Source: Veleropilina oligotropha (taxonomy: Eukaryota). Taken from it: a DNA stretch of 64,000 nucleotides. Positions 13,601 to 23,995 of this stretch are shown here, in pieces (the stretch's first letter is position 1; the number at the start of each line of letters is the position of its first letter). Both the position numbers and the translations under genes were made by a program. The notes under the pieces are model-generated. The model did no database searches. It was not told the DNA's origin and was given only the letters and a program-made list of their open reading frames with translations. Where the stretch lies: positions 1,302,001 to 1,366,000 of the forward strand of contig JBEUKZ010000054.1 of the NCBI GenBank assembly GCA_048128005.1. The letters run 5' to 3'.

Positions 13601-15215
13601 CAGAGTGGTTAAGTGGTGGGCCGCAGATCGAAAGCGTACCACAGCGAACAGACCGGGTAAGTGGCCACGGGATAAACTCCATTGGCAAGTCGATCAGTAA
13701 TCGGAATGAAGGTGTATCACAGCAATGGTAAGTGAACCACAAGATAAATTCGAAATGTCGATAAGGGCTGTTCCAGAAAAATCTACATGGGGGGGGCGGT
13801 AGGCAACTTTTCAAGAACCCCCCCCATCAACAGAATTAATTTATATATATGCTCTTTGAAACTTACCATACAGGCTGATACCCCCCTCCACCAACAGAAA
13901 TAAAATAAAGTTGCCTACCGCCCCCCCCCCTGTAGATTTTTCTGGAACAGCCCTAATCGAAATGAAGGCGTATCACAACAACGATTGGTAGATGCATATA
14001 TAGGGATGCTTATGCATGCAACAAGCCTAGTTGTATCAATTTCACCACAAATTATATTCAGCGATATCAAAATTCTTATTGTTTTGTCGATGGTATATGA
14101 TATAGAGTAAAGTACAGTGCGTTGAATAAAGTCCATTGTTGTGTTCAAGGCGACACTTGACTGCATACATGTACTTGGATGTCAGCTGTACTGATGCGAT
14201 TCTGGCAGTGATATATTATGGAATTAATGTAACATTTTAGGTGTGCACTCAAGCTTTCTTTGGCTAGTTCCTTTAAGGTTCTGGCCACGCCGCTGGTAAA
14301 ATTGATCTATCATGAGAAGATCACCAGTTCATGACCTGTCATTTCAATTTCCAAAATAACGATTCTGATTTGCTACTCGTTGCTCATTAATATTCATGCA
14401 TAACTTTTGAAGCTAGAGTTGTATTAAGATTACAAATGGATTGCAGCTTATTTTCTGACTGCGTGCGATGGCAGGACTTGCATTGTCTTCTATCCATTTC
14501 AGGAGATCAAAGCCGGCGTGTTTTGGCCTGGCTAACGCGCTGGCGTTCAAGGTTGTCCGTAAGCGGCTAGGGTTAGACAGATGCGAATACTTCCTGTCTG
14601 CAGCTGCCCCACTCACCAGAGAATGCCAGGCGTTCTTCAGGAGCCTCAACATACCAGTCGTCGAAATATTTGGAATGAGCGAATGCTCTGGTAAGATTTA
14701 ATGTATCTTATTTTGCGTGACCCAAATATTGGCCTAAATTTGATATTATTCTAATACGTATTACTGTAATCTCTCAGTCGCTCTGAGTAACATAATGGGA
14801 AATAACTTTAGCATTATACAAGCCTCATAACATACACTACCATATGGTATATGATTTACACAGAGTTATTAACAAGAACGACGCCTTCGGAATGTCTTGA
14901 CCTTTTATTTCCCTCAAATTTTCATAACAGTTAATACAATGGCTAAGTGCAAGTACTTCATAGCTTAATTTACTACCCCGTCGATTGTGACGTCACCAAA
15001 TGACGATTAATCTAAAGCGACGTCGTAATGACGTCATTGCTATTTGCTTGCAATATTAGACATACGCTATATACAAATATGAATAAAAGTGCCTAATAAA
15101 TGCATATTTTTGCAAAATTATGTTGCGAAAGTTATATACACGACCTACAAATAATCTTGGGAATGTGTGTACCAGTTTTCAGGATAATTGGTTCTGTAGT
15201 TTTCGAGAAAATCAG

Positions 15216-15267
<52 letters not shown>

Positions 15268-18200
15268 TATATACACACGGACCATTTGATAATGTCTTGT
15301 CCTTTTTTGTCAAAAAGGTCAAGACATAAAAACATAAGGCTGTAAGTCTTTCATGTAACTGGTATATAACCAAGACTTATAACCTCACATAATTTCAGGC
15401 CTGAATGAATTTAAACCAAAGCAAACAACAAGAGATATAATATAATATTGGAGCAACAAAATGCTTGTGCTTCTCAGTATATTGATATGTATCTTGATCA
15501 CATGTTTTGACATTTATTTTGGCCCACTTATTTTATCATAATCTGTATTGTCTCAATACGGCATTTGCGATGCAGCACTATTAATGATCATTTTGGTGTC
15601 TCGGGTCCCCACATCGTTGTGACGCAGCACTATTAATGATCATTTTGGTGTCTCAGGTCCCCACATCATTGTGACGCAGCACTATTAATGATCATTTTGG
15701 TGTCTCAGGTCCCCACATCATTGTGACGCAGCACTATTAATGATCATTTTCGTGTCTCAGGTCCCCACATCGTTGACAGTTTTCAGAGATTTGGCTCTTG
15801 TGGCAGGCCTTTTCCAGGGGCGGCCGTCAAGATTTTAAACCCAGACCAGGACGGCAATGGAGAGGTAAGTAAAGGGATTAAGTATTAGATAATACACTGG
15901 GAACCAAGCAGATATCAAACATAACAAGCCGAGCGTCAGCGAGGGGAGTTATGTATATTATCTGTTACACACACCAAGATACGTGGTTATACCGTGAAGT
16001 TTTGAATAGACGCCCGGGAGTTAAATGATTTCAGGTAGTTCGTAGACCGGTGTCCTTTAGAGGCCCGGCGTCGTCTATTAACTTCATTGAATATTTCTGT
16101 ACTTTGAACTTCACCTTCACCTGGTATCCAGGTCGACTTGTTAACATGAAATCTTCGAATGCTGCTTTCAAAAGTTCATATATGTTAATTTGTTCGACAC
16201 ATTAATGATATAAATCACCAGACACCACGTTGAGTCATCCAGACATCACATACTATGATAGTAGACAAAGCACGTGAACACACAAGGCTAGGCTTTTGTT
16301 TTTGCTCGTGCCCATTGCCATGTCATCATGACATCTCTGACGGACCCAGCGTTTATTAGAGGCCCGGCGATTATTAATTTCAAAACACTCTTACCCCTCT
16401 ATTAGAGGTCAACGTCAATTAGAGGCCCGGTTACTATTAGAAGCTTTATGGTATATACGTATGCAAGTCTTTCAAGAGATGAGTTTTATCGATGAGTGAT
16501 CAAGAATGTTGAAACTGTAAATGGTCTTAAATGACTGTTCTTCCTCGATTTCCAGTGATAATGCAACTCCCCTGTCTGTCTGCAGCTGTGTATGATTACT
16601 GCATTACCTGTCGTAATGCGACGCCGCTGTTTCTTTGCAGCTGTGCATGTACGGCCGTAACATCTGCATGGGCTACCTGAATCAGGTGGAGAAGACTGCA
16701 GAGGCCATCGACGCCGATGGATGGCTCCACTCCGGCGATATCGTCAGGCGAGACAAAGACGGCTTCTTCTTCATCACCGGCCGGATCAAAGGTTTGGATG
16801 ATATTTATTGTGCTATATTTCATGCTTGTTGCATTATTTAAAATCGCTATAATTTTTCTCACAAAATACAATTAATGCAACATTTATATTTAATTAATTT
16901 ATTAGTCTATATAATGAGCAAGATTTGCCCGAGCTTAGTTCGGTTGTTGGTGCATCTACTCATGCAACCACGATGACCTGCAACGTTTTTATGACTAAAA
17001 GCTGAACTGCACCCATTCAACCTCAATAGATAATATTTTTATATCGACAAGTGTGCTAGAACTAGGGTATTTAGGAAAATAGATTCTGCAAGTATGCTAA
17101 AACTAGTGAACTTCTTGCAACACAAATTGTCTTCCTTGATTATCTCACTTGCTGAATTCATCTTAACACTGATTGTATCCCTTGCAGATTTGATCATTAA
17201 TGATAACACCGATTGTCTCCCTTGCAGAGCTGATTCATTAATGATAACATTGATTGTCTCCCTTCCCGAGTTCATAACACTTGCAGACCTGAAAATTGAT
17301 TGTCTCCCTTGACGAGTTCTTCATAAACTGATTGTCTCCCCTGCAGAGCTGCTCATTGATTGTCTCCATTGCAGATGTGATCATTGATTGTCTCCCTTGC
17401 AGAGCTGATAATTGATTGTCTCCCTTGCATCAATGATGATAACGCTGATTGTCTCCCTTGCCAAATTCATCATAACACGGCCGTGCGTTCAGGATCGACT
17501 TTTCAGCAAAACGTTTTTCAAAAGCACTGCACCCATTATGAACGCTCTTTGGTGTTGAAAACGTTTTCCAAAATGGCTGGCTTCGGATGTCTATCATTTC
17601 GCCTCCGTTCATTTGGTCTCCACTAATTGAGTATACGTTCATTTCGTCTCCGTGTCAATTAGCCTCCAAATGAAAAAGCGATCATTTCGCCTCCGTGCCA
17701 ATTAGCCTCCAATACAGTAAATAAATGTTAAACGAAATCTGATAGATATCAATATATTTATTAAAAAATATAACAATGTTTGCAGATAGCAATGATATGC
17801 ATACAGACTACATTAAAAAAGGAAATTAAGATAAATAGTGCGATCATAATAACTAATTACAAGAAACAAGCAAGTAAAATGCACTATTCAAATACCGTGT
17901 CCGAGCATTTAATTTTTATTCCATGAATCTTAAGTTGTGTCCAACACCACTGAGAAAATTTGGAATGTCCTTTCTTCCATTTTCGTAATCACTGCACAGA
18001 TTTTTCAGACGAAGCTGCATATCTTTGTGTTTCCTCTTCGTGCGTTTTGTCGTCATGTGTCCTATTGCGTCTTGTAAAATCGCCGTGTCGACAGTTGACT
18101 GCTCTTGTTGAAGCGCTCTAATCGCAGTCCAAATGGATGGGTGGTGATGACCGACGAGCTGGTTGAACTTGTTATTCCACGATTCCGAAACATTGTTTGT

Positions 18201-21200
18201 TCTGTGATGACCGTTTACCGTAGCTGCGTTAACGTTCCACGTTTTAGGGGGAAATCGTGGTGCCTTTCTACGAAACGCAAGTAGTCCATTTTGTCTTTGC
18301 ACTCTTCGTTACACACCATTAACGTAATTGGCATCGAAGTAATTTAACAGCTCAATTGCTTCCTCTGGTGCTGTGTTTCGAAGTTCTAGCATTCCTGCCA
18401 CAACGTCATCTTCTGGTAGAAACGCTAACCCGTTTAGCTTTCCACAGAACAGTTGGAAATTTTCGTCGTTTCGATACAAGTTAACAAGTCCGAGTTCTTG
18501 AATCTTCCTCCACGTGTTTTGGCACAAATGAAAAAAACATCCTTGAATGTTCACATCGTTTCCCAAACTTTCCTGCACAGCTTGTATAGCAGCTATCTCA
18601 AAGTCCATGATGATAGTCTGGGGATCTGGATACAAATGGAGTTCGTAGCACTTAGTGAGAAGGGTTCGAAACAATTCTTCGTATGTTTCGTGAGTTTTTC
18701 GTTCCATGAAGGCGTAGACAACGGAGATATTCGCATCCCCTAGTGGCACTCGGATAACGTAAAGTTGCAAAAATTGATGAGGGGCAACAGAAAATGTTCC
18801 GTCCATGAACCACGTGTTAGCTTCCGCAAGCTGTTTCAAGTTTTTGTCAGTTGCAAAAAGGCAAATCCGGGAATCTGTGTTTGGGCCATTATCGTACAAT
18901 AAAAACCTTTCACTGTGTTCACCTCCAGTTGATGCCCACTCTCCTTCTATGACCAAGTCTTCCAAGGAATCCGGAACCTTTGGCATGTGTTTGCGCCGTG
19001 TGCGTCTAATGGCTTGCTTGCACGCGTCAGTAGAAGGCAACCTTGTTTGCACCGCAACATTAGTCTGCAAAACAGTTTGCACGAATATAGCACAAGGCTT
19101 ATCGACGGAATTTTCTGCCTTCCTCTTCATTTGCTGCCGTAGTTTGACGATTTCCTTTGCTGTTTCATCTTCTACATGGCTATGTTCGTTTCTCGATAAA
19201 ACGTCATCAATCTGAAGATTAGTCATTATACTCCCTTTACACACTTTGTTTCGTCGTACGCATGTCCATCGAATTTTGTTGTGTCTCTCATACTGCTTTG
19301 TATAAAGGTAACCTTCAAAGTATACTTTCTGCCCGCCCCTTGTGGATTCCAGTATTTCCATTATTTCAGTATTTGCATCACATGTAGACATTGCATAATT
19401 TGTTCTGCAAGTGATACAATATATAGGCCTACTGTATACTGTCTATTAGGAAAATAAAACTACTCACTAGATAATAATACTATAGTCCTACCTTAAAGTG
19501 AACTCATGTTCACAATTTTTTCATAATCCTATTTCAAACGGCAAACAGCCTTGAGAATAATCCTGTACCTCAAAGTGAACTCATGTTCACAATTTCATAA
19601 TCCTATTTTCAAACATTGAGAAGTAAAGGCTAATTAGGTGTTAACGTTAATTAGGAAAATAAAATTTCATAATCCTATTTTCAGGCTAATTAGGTGTTAA
19701 CGTTATTAATAATTTAACCTTCATTTAATAATTATGTGATTTGTTGTCAATATGACAAGCGCTTTTATACTTAACCTTCATTTAATAACTATGTGATTTG
19801 TGGTTAATATGACAATATACTTTTTACTTTCCGGAGGCGAAATGATCGCTTTTTCATTTGGAGGGTAATTGACACGGAGACAAAATGAACGTATACTCAA
19901 TTAGTGGAGACCAAATGAACGGAGGCGAAATGAACGCGACCCGACTTTATCGACTTGATTTACCGATCAACGAATGTGCTAATCATAACACCTTTACGCC
20001 TGCCAATCCATCAATTAGGAAACTTCCATGCTATTAGTGCTGGTCCGTGTTTATCACTATGGGACACATCAATTCTAGTCGAAGGCTATATATTGACATT
20101 TTGATTAAATAAATAAAATTATAGAATTTCACAACGACATCGACAATTCTTGTAAAATCCGATTGTTAGTACAACTATCAACTATAAATAACAGTGACAT
20201 ACGATATAAAATTGTTACCTTTCGCGTCACCAGCTGCTGCTTGACATATCGGTCATTATCATTGTTTACATACATTCCAATGCAAATCGCTGAATTCCGC
20301 AGTTATCTGCCCTTGCTATAATTTGTCGAATACAGCATATAAACAAGTGGTAAAGCACCATAAGCTATCAGTAGAAACTTTAAATTAAATTATTTCTTAA
20401 TTTATATATTATTTTGATTAAGACTCTGATTATTAGTTAGTGACTCCCAAATGCATGCAAATGTCGCAAAATAAATTTGACATTCATTCCTTTATTCACA
20501 ATCGGTCTATCGTCCGCCATCTTGGTCGCGCGGCGTGTAACCTATGAAGGTTGCACGCCGTGTGCAAAACTTTTTCAGAAAGCGCTCTGTAATTGAACGG
20601 CTAAACGCAAAACGTTTGGTGATTTAGACAAAACGTTTTCATCCTGAACGCACGGCTGATTGTATCTCTTGCCGAGTTCTTCATACACTGATTGTCTCCC
20701 TTGCAGAGCTGATCATTAATGATAATGCTGATTGTCTCCCTTGCAGAGCTGATCATCACTGCCGGCGGGGAGAACATCGCGCCGGTGCCGATCGAGGACG
20801 TGGTGCGAGAGGAGCTGCCGATCGTCAGCAACTGCATGCTGATCGGAGACAAGCGCAGGTTTCTGTCATTGCTGATCACCCTCAAAGTAAGTCGCCCTCA
20901 AAGTTAGTCAGCATCATCACCCTCAAAGTAAGTTGCCCTCAAAGTTTAGTCCGCATCATCACCCTTAAAGTAAGTCACCCTCTGGCCTCAAAGTAATACC
21001 CTGATTCCATTATGGTTAGAGATTAATTTGATCAGTTAAACATAAGTAATTGTCTCGCAGCAATTGATGCATTTAACCATTATCAACTACTAGTATTTAA
21101 AGTCATGACTGTGCCTACTGAATTATGCAGAGATTGGTGTAACTCGGTCACATGTCTAGTAGTACTTGAATATTGTTGGCAGTTGTTGGATGATAAAATC

Positions 21201-23790
21201 AGTTTTTATTTCCTACCTGTACAAGGGGGCAGCATGCCGGGGATTTTTCCAGTGATCGCTGCCTCCATTGCACACATCACCAATTCATCTCATCATTCAA
21301 AGTTGATTGACCCGATTTATAACTGAAATACTGTTGGCATGGTCGTTAAACATCAATTCATCCATCCATCTCACCTGTACACTTTTAAGAGAACACCTTA
21401 TGCTGTTTTGGTTGCGCGTTTGATCGTGGTCTGCTACTGATTACAGAAAACAGTAATTTTTCGAAAAGGCGAAAAAACTGTTTGAAGTGGCATTCCAAAA
21501 TTTACGGTGCATATGACATAGAAATCACTAAAACTGGACTTATGTTGTGCTGAGAAATAAACTGTCGGAAATGGTCATGACGTATATATGTATGTCCATA
21601 TTGATCTCATCATTTATCGTGGTCACATGTCGTATATTGTATGTCGATATGTATCTCATATAACATTGTCACATGTTGCATCGTGCAGGTCTAGATGGAT
21701 GTCATGTAACATAATTATATTGTAGGTCGAGATTGATATCATGTACCACATGTTGTAGGCCGATATGGATATATGTAACATTGTCATGTAACATAATTAT
21801 ATTGTAGGTCGAGATGGATCTATGTAACATAATTATATTGTAGGTCGAGATTGATATCATGTACCACATGTTGTAGGCCGAGATGGATCTATGTAACATT
21901 GTCATGTAACATAATTATATTGTAGGTCGAGATGGATCTATGTAACATGGTCGTGTAACATAATTATATTGTAGGTCGAGATGGATCTATGTAACATGGT
22001 CATGTAACATAATTATATTGTAGGTCGAGATGGATCTATGTAACATGGTCATGTAACATAATTATATTGTAGGTCGAGATGGATCTATGTAACATGGTCA
22101 TGTAACGTAATTATATTGTAGGTCGAGATGGATCTATGTAACATAATTATATTGTAGGTCGAGATGGATCTATGTAACATGGTCATGTAACATAATTATA
22201 TTGTAGGTTGAGATGGATCTATGTAACATAATTATATTGTAGGTCGAGATTGATATCATGTACCACATGTTGTAGGCCGAGATGGATCTATGTAACATTG
22301 TCATGTAACATAATTATATTGTAGGTCGAGATGGATCTATGTAACATGGTCGTGTAACATAATTATATTGTAGGTCGAGATGGATCTATGTAACGTGGTC
22401 ATGTAACATAATTATATTGTAGGTCGAGATGGATCTATGTAACATGGTCATGTAACATAATTATATTGTAGGTCGAGATGGATCTATGTAACATGGTCAT
22501 GTAACGTAATTATATTGTAGGTCGAGATGGATCTATGTAACATAATTATATTGTAGGTCGAGATGGATCTATGTAACATGGTCATGTAACATAATTATAT
22601 TGTAGGTTGAGATGGATCTATGTAACATAATTATATTGTAGGTCGAGATGGATCTATGTAACATGGTCATGTAACATAATTATATTGTAGGTCGAGATTG
22701 GTCTCATGCAACACAATGTTGTAGGTCGAGATGGATCTATATAACATTGTCATGTAACGTATGTTGTATGTCGAGATGTATCTATGTAACATTATCATGT
22801 AACAATTATATTGTAGGTCAAGATAGAGCTATGTAACATTGTCATGTAACGTATGTCGAGATGGATCTATGTAACATTGTCATGTAACGTATGTTGTATG
22901 TCGAGATGGATCTATGTAACATTGTCATGTAATGTATATTGTAGGTAGAGATTGATCTGGATACCCTGCAGCCGCTGGATTCATTGACTGACGAGGCTAA
23001 GCGATGGTGTGTGTCGATCAGCAGCCATGCCGCCACGGTCACCGACATTGTTGAAGGGCGTGACGTTAATGTCTTGCGAGCTATCCAGGCCGGGATCGAC
23101 CGCGCCAACAAGCGAGCCGTGTCTCGGGCCAATATGGTGCAAAAATGGTCGCTGCTTCCGAGGGACTTCTCTGTGCCAGGGGGCGAACTGGGTAAGTGTC
23201 CAATCATGCATAGACACTAATAATGTGCCAGGGGGCGAACTGGGTAAGTGTCCAATCATGCATAGACATTAATAATGTGCCAGGGGCGAACTGGGTAATT
23301 GTCCAATCATGCATAGACACTAATAATGTTGGCCATTGTCATTCTCATGCTAGCCGCAATGAATATCATAATAACACAGTGACTGTAATTTTACGAGATA
23401 GTCGAATACGTTAAATTTGTAAATATATTGATGTAAAACAGATAAATTAATATGGATAGGTTAAGCTTTGTTAGAAAATTTTGCTTAGTATCTTTTAGTT
23501 TGCATGCTTTAGTTAATGCTTACACTGCATATATCAAGTCTTGTTACATCAGCATTCAAGCAGAAGCATCTTGTTTTAGCCTAGACTCAAGGGAACGTCT
23601 AGTGATCAGATGTCATCGTTCATTGGCCATTGATTTTAGCAACTTTCTGATTGAGGCTCCTTTGTGCCTTTCATGTTCAATATAAATTACTTTTCTTACA
23701 GGTCCAACATTGAAACTAAGGCGCCCAATTGTGACGAAGCTGTACACGAAAACCATTGATTCGTTTTATGAAGAAATTAAGGCCACGTAA
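1475..23790 (+). CDS. ACSBG2: Long-chain fatty acyl-CoA ligase, bubblegum (ACSBG) family, gene A, 5'-partial; join(1475..1676,5321..5422,6338..6385,7639..7806,11771..11952,14503..14690,15761..15864,16641..16791,20747..20886,22945..23191,23702..23790)
   Basis: Eleven GT-AG exons with compatible phases give one open frame. It contains GIYATNNPEAC, the AMP-binding motif LIYT|SGTTGNPKG, SYLPLSHVA, GVPRVWEK, FGMSECSGPH, GWLHSGD, ITGRIKELIITAGGENIAP and DFSVPGGELGPTLKLRR, ending in TAA at 23788-23790. Confidence 0.93.
2387..2648 (+). mobile_element. tRNA-derived SINE family A, full length
   Basis: A-box/B-box-like head, central CCGGGGTTTCCTCC block, (CTCC)n tail, 13-bp TSD ACTATAAGTTAGT; many copies in the window. 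Confidence 0.85.
3194..3619. mobile_element. TTAA-TSD MITE (Kolobok-like)
   Basis: ~29-bp TIR AGAGACTATAGCCCGTAAATGCGCTCTTT, flanked by TTAA on both sides. Confidence 0.75.
5321..5422 (+). CDS. ACSBG2: ACSBG gene A exon a2 (WEEFIG...SCASLIYT)
   Basis: ttttgtag acceptor, gtaagt donor, phase 0/0. Confidence 0.9.
5357..5780 (+). repeat. Donor-junction tandem array, ~71-bp unit, 6 donor copies
   Basis: Unit = 3' end of exon a2 + GTAAGT; GT at 5423, 5495, 5566, 5637, 5705, 5776. Confidence 0.95.
5808..5931 (-). mobile_element. SINE A-related 5' fragment
   Basis: Reverse complement matches the SINE head (AACAGTAGTGGGTTCGA). Confidence 0.6.
6338..6385 (+). CDS. ACSBG2: ACSBG gene A exon a3 (SGTTGNPKGVMISHDN)
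   Basis: AMP-binding P-loop; ttttag acceptor, gtgagt donor. Confidence 0.92.
6605..7544. mobile_element. TA-TSD MITE (Tc1/pogo-like)
   Basis: TIR CAGCAGAAAACCCATTATCC / GGATAATGGGGCTTCTGCTG, TA flanks. Confidence 0.7.
7639..7806 (+). CDS. ACSBG2: ACSBG gene A exon a4 (YTWTAY...SYLPLSHVA...PDALK)
   Basis: tttgcag acceptor, gtaagg donor. Confidence 0.9.
7869..8131 (+). mobile_element. SINE family A, full length
   Basis: Near-identical to the 2387 copy; 13-bp TSD TCACCTCAATCTG. Confidence 0.88.
8322..10995 (+). mobile_element. Helentron-type non-autonomous element (HINE) with a second HINE family nested at ~8733-10640
   Basis: Starts TTTTTGGCCCGCC and ends GGCGGGCC-GTATGAGGAGCATAC(hairpin)-CTCTAGTT; internal TGACCTTTGACC-rich tandem units. 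The nested part matches 31591-32438. Confidence 0.7.
9537..9890. mobile_element. Small insertion: 13-bp TIR element plus a ~150-bp palindrome
   Basis: CTTACACAACGGC...GCCGTTGTGTAAG (9537-9735), then an imperfect palindrome at 9738-9885; interrupts a HINE unit at ACTACCCTT|GTCATACG. Confidence 0.65.
11227..11491 (-). mobile_element. SINE family A
   Basis: Reverse complement of the 2387 and 7869 copies. Confidence 0.85.
11771..11952 (+). CDS. ACSBG2: ACSBG gene A exon a5 (GTLGNTLLEVRPTVFFGVPRVWEK...EQN)
   Basis: ttattcag acceptor, gtaagt donor (first of many repeated donors). Confidence 0.9.
12593..12799 (-). mobile_element. tRNA-derived SINE family B
   Basis: Head GGGGGCAGCATGGCAGAGTGG, tail TAAACATCAATTCATCATC; homologous to 21224-21372 and ~61788-61850. 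Confidence 0.75.
13765..13953. mobile_element. PIF/Harbinger (Tourist-like) MITE
   Basis: TIR GGGCTGTTCCAGAAAAATCTACA, TAA TSD on both sides. Confidence 0.8.
14503..14690 (+). CDS. ACSBG2: ACSBG gene A exon a6 (RSKPACF...FGMSECS)
   Basis: catttcag acceptor, gtaaga donor, phases 2/1. Confidence 0.9.
14871..15332 (-). mobile_element. DINE-1/HINE-type element with (TA)n microsatellite
   Basis: subTIR TGTCTTGACC with short inverted copy, (TA)n, CTTGTT end; second copy at 46076-46534. Confidence 0.75.
15567..15775 (+). repeat. Acceptor-junction tandem array of exon a7, 4 x 52 bp
   Basis: Unit ...ATCATTTTGGTGTCTCAG|GTCCCCACATC; the last copy is the functional acceptor. Confidence 0.95.
15761..15864 (+). 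CDS. ACSBG2: ACSBG gene A exon a7 (PHIVDSFQRFGSCG...DGNGE)
   Basis: gtctcag acceptor, gtaagt donor. Confidence 0.9.
15992..16451. mobile_element. Degenerate TA-flanked MITE
   Basis: Imperfect TIR CCGTGAAG..AATAG..CCGGG; internal TTAGAGGCCCGG repeats. Confidence 0.5.
16641..16791 (+). CDS. ACSBG2: ACSBG gene A exon a8 (LCMYGRNICMGY...GWLHSGD...ITGRIK)
   Basis: ctttgcag acceptor, gtttgg donor; FACS signature region. Confidence 0.9.
17585..19942 (-). mobile_element. Mutator-like (MULE) DNA transposon with ~110-bp TIRs
   Basis: TCATTTCGCCTCCGTTCATTTGGTCTCCACTAATTGAG... is inverted at 19832-19932; contains a transposase gene. Confidence 0.9.
17916..19391 (-). pseudogene. FLYWCH + MULE DDE transposase (~491 codons) with one in-frame TAA at 18309-18311
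   Basis: GYLY..WTC..CKG..HSH, WFMDGTF, DFE, GCFFH, RTNNVSESWN; ORFs 18309-19391 and 17916-18302 share a frame. Confidence 0.9.
20747..20886 (+). CDS. ACSBG2: ACSBG gene A exon a9 (ELIITAGGENIAP...LLITLK)
   Basis: cccttgcag acceptor, gtaagt donor. Confidence 0.92.
20875..20996 (+). repeat. Donor-junction repeats of exon a9, ~40 bp x3
   Basis: ATCACCCTCAAA|GTAAGT repeated, with shorter CCCTCAAAGT subunits. Confidence 0.85.
21224..21372 (+). mobile_element. SINE family B, internally deleted
   Basis: 9-bp TSD ACCTGTACA; matches 12593-12799 but lacks most of the tRNA head. Confidence 0.75.
21620..22959 (+). repeat. Acceptor-junction minisatellite of exon a10, ~30 units of 32/45 bp
   Basis: Core TATTGTAG|GTCGAGATGGATCTA versus functional TATTGTAG|GTAGAGATTGATCTG. 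Confidence 0.93.
22945..23191 (+). CDS. ACSBG2: ACSBG gene A exon a10 (VEIDLDTLQP...DFSVPGGEL)
   Basis: attgtag acceptor, gtaagt donor. Confidence 0.88.
23173..23327 (+). repeat. Donor-junction array of exon a10, 3 x 52 bp
   Basis: GTGCCAGGGGGCGAACTGG|GTAAGTGTCC... at 23173, 23225, 23277. Confidence 0.95.
23702..23790 (+). CDS. ACSBG2: ACSBG gene A last coding exon (GPTLKLRRPIV...IDSFYEEIKAT*)
   Basis: ttcttacag acceptor; conserved PTLKL motif; TAA stop. Confidence 0.9.
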
Positions 23791-23995
23791 TGATAGATTG
23801 CTTGCGTGTTGTAATAACCTCTGTCATGAAGCTATATCCATAACAACGAAATGTGTATATTGCATGTATCTTCATCTGTGTTTCTTGTATAGCACTAAAG
23901 ATTTGAAGTCTATGGGATTGGTGTTGAACAAACACCAAACTATTGGATTTAATATCTCTGGCTGATTATTCGCTGACCATTTGTCATTGCGCCGT

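Larger units (their letters stand above)
11903..13990 (+). repeat. Donor-junction tandem array of exon a5: 13 x 52 bp, then diverged ~44-46-bp units
   Basis: Unit AAGTGGGCCCGTGGAATCGGGATGAAGGCGTACCACAACGAACAGAATGG|GT; interrupted by a SINE and a MITE. Confidence 0.95.
17480..20656. mobile_element. Non-autonomous TIR element hosting a MULE
   Basis: 16-bp perfect TIR GCCGTGCGTTCAGGAT / ATCCTGAACGCACGGC; interrupts the repeat unit CATAACAC|TGATTG; TSD not clear. Confidence 0.7.
17125..20757 (+). repeat. Acceptor-junction array of exon a9 (17125-17478 and 20657-20757), split by nested transposons
   Basis: Repeated GATTGTCTCCCTTGCAG|AGCTGATCAT units on both sides of the insertion. Confidence 0.9.
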
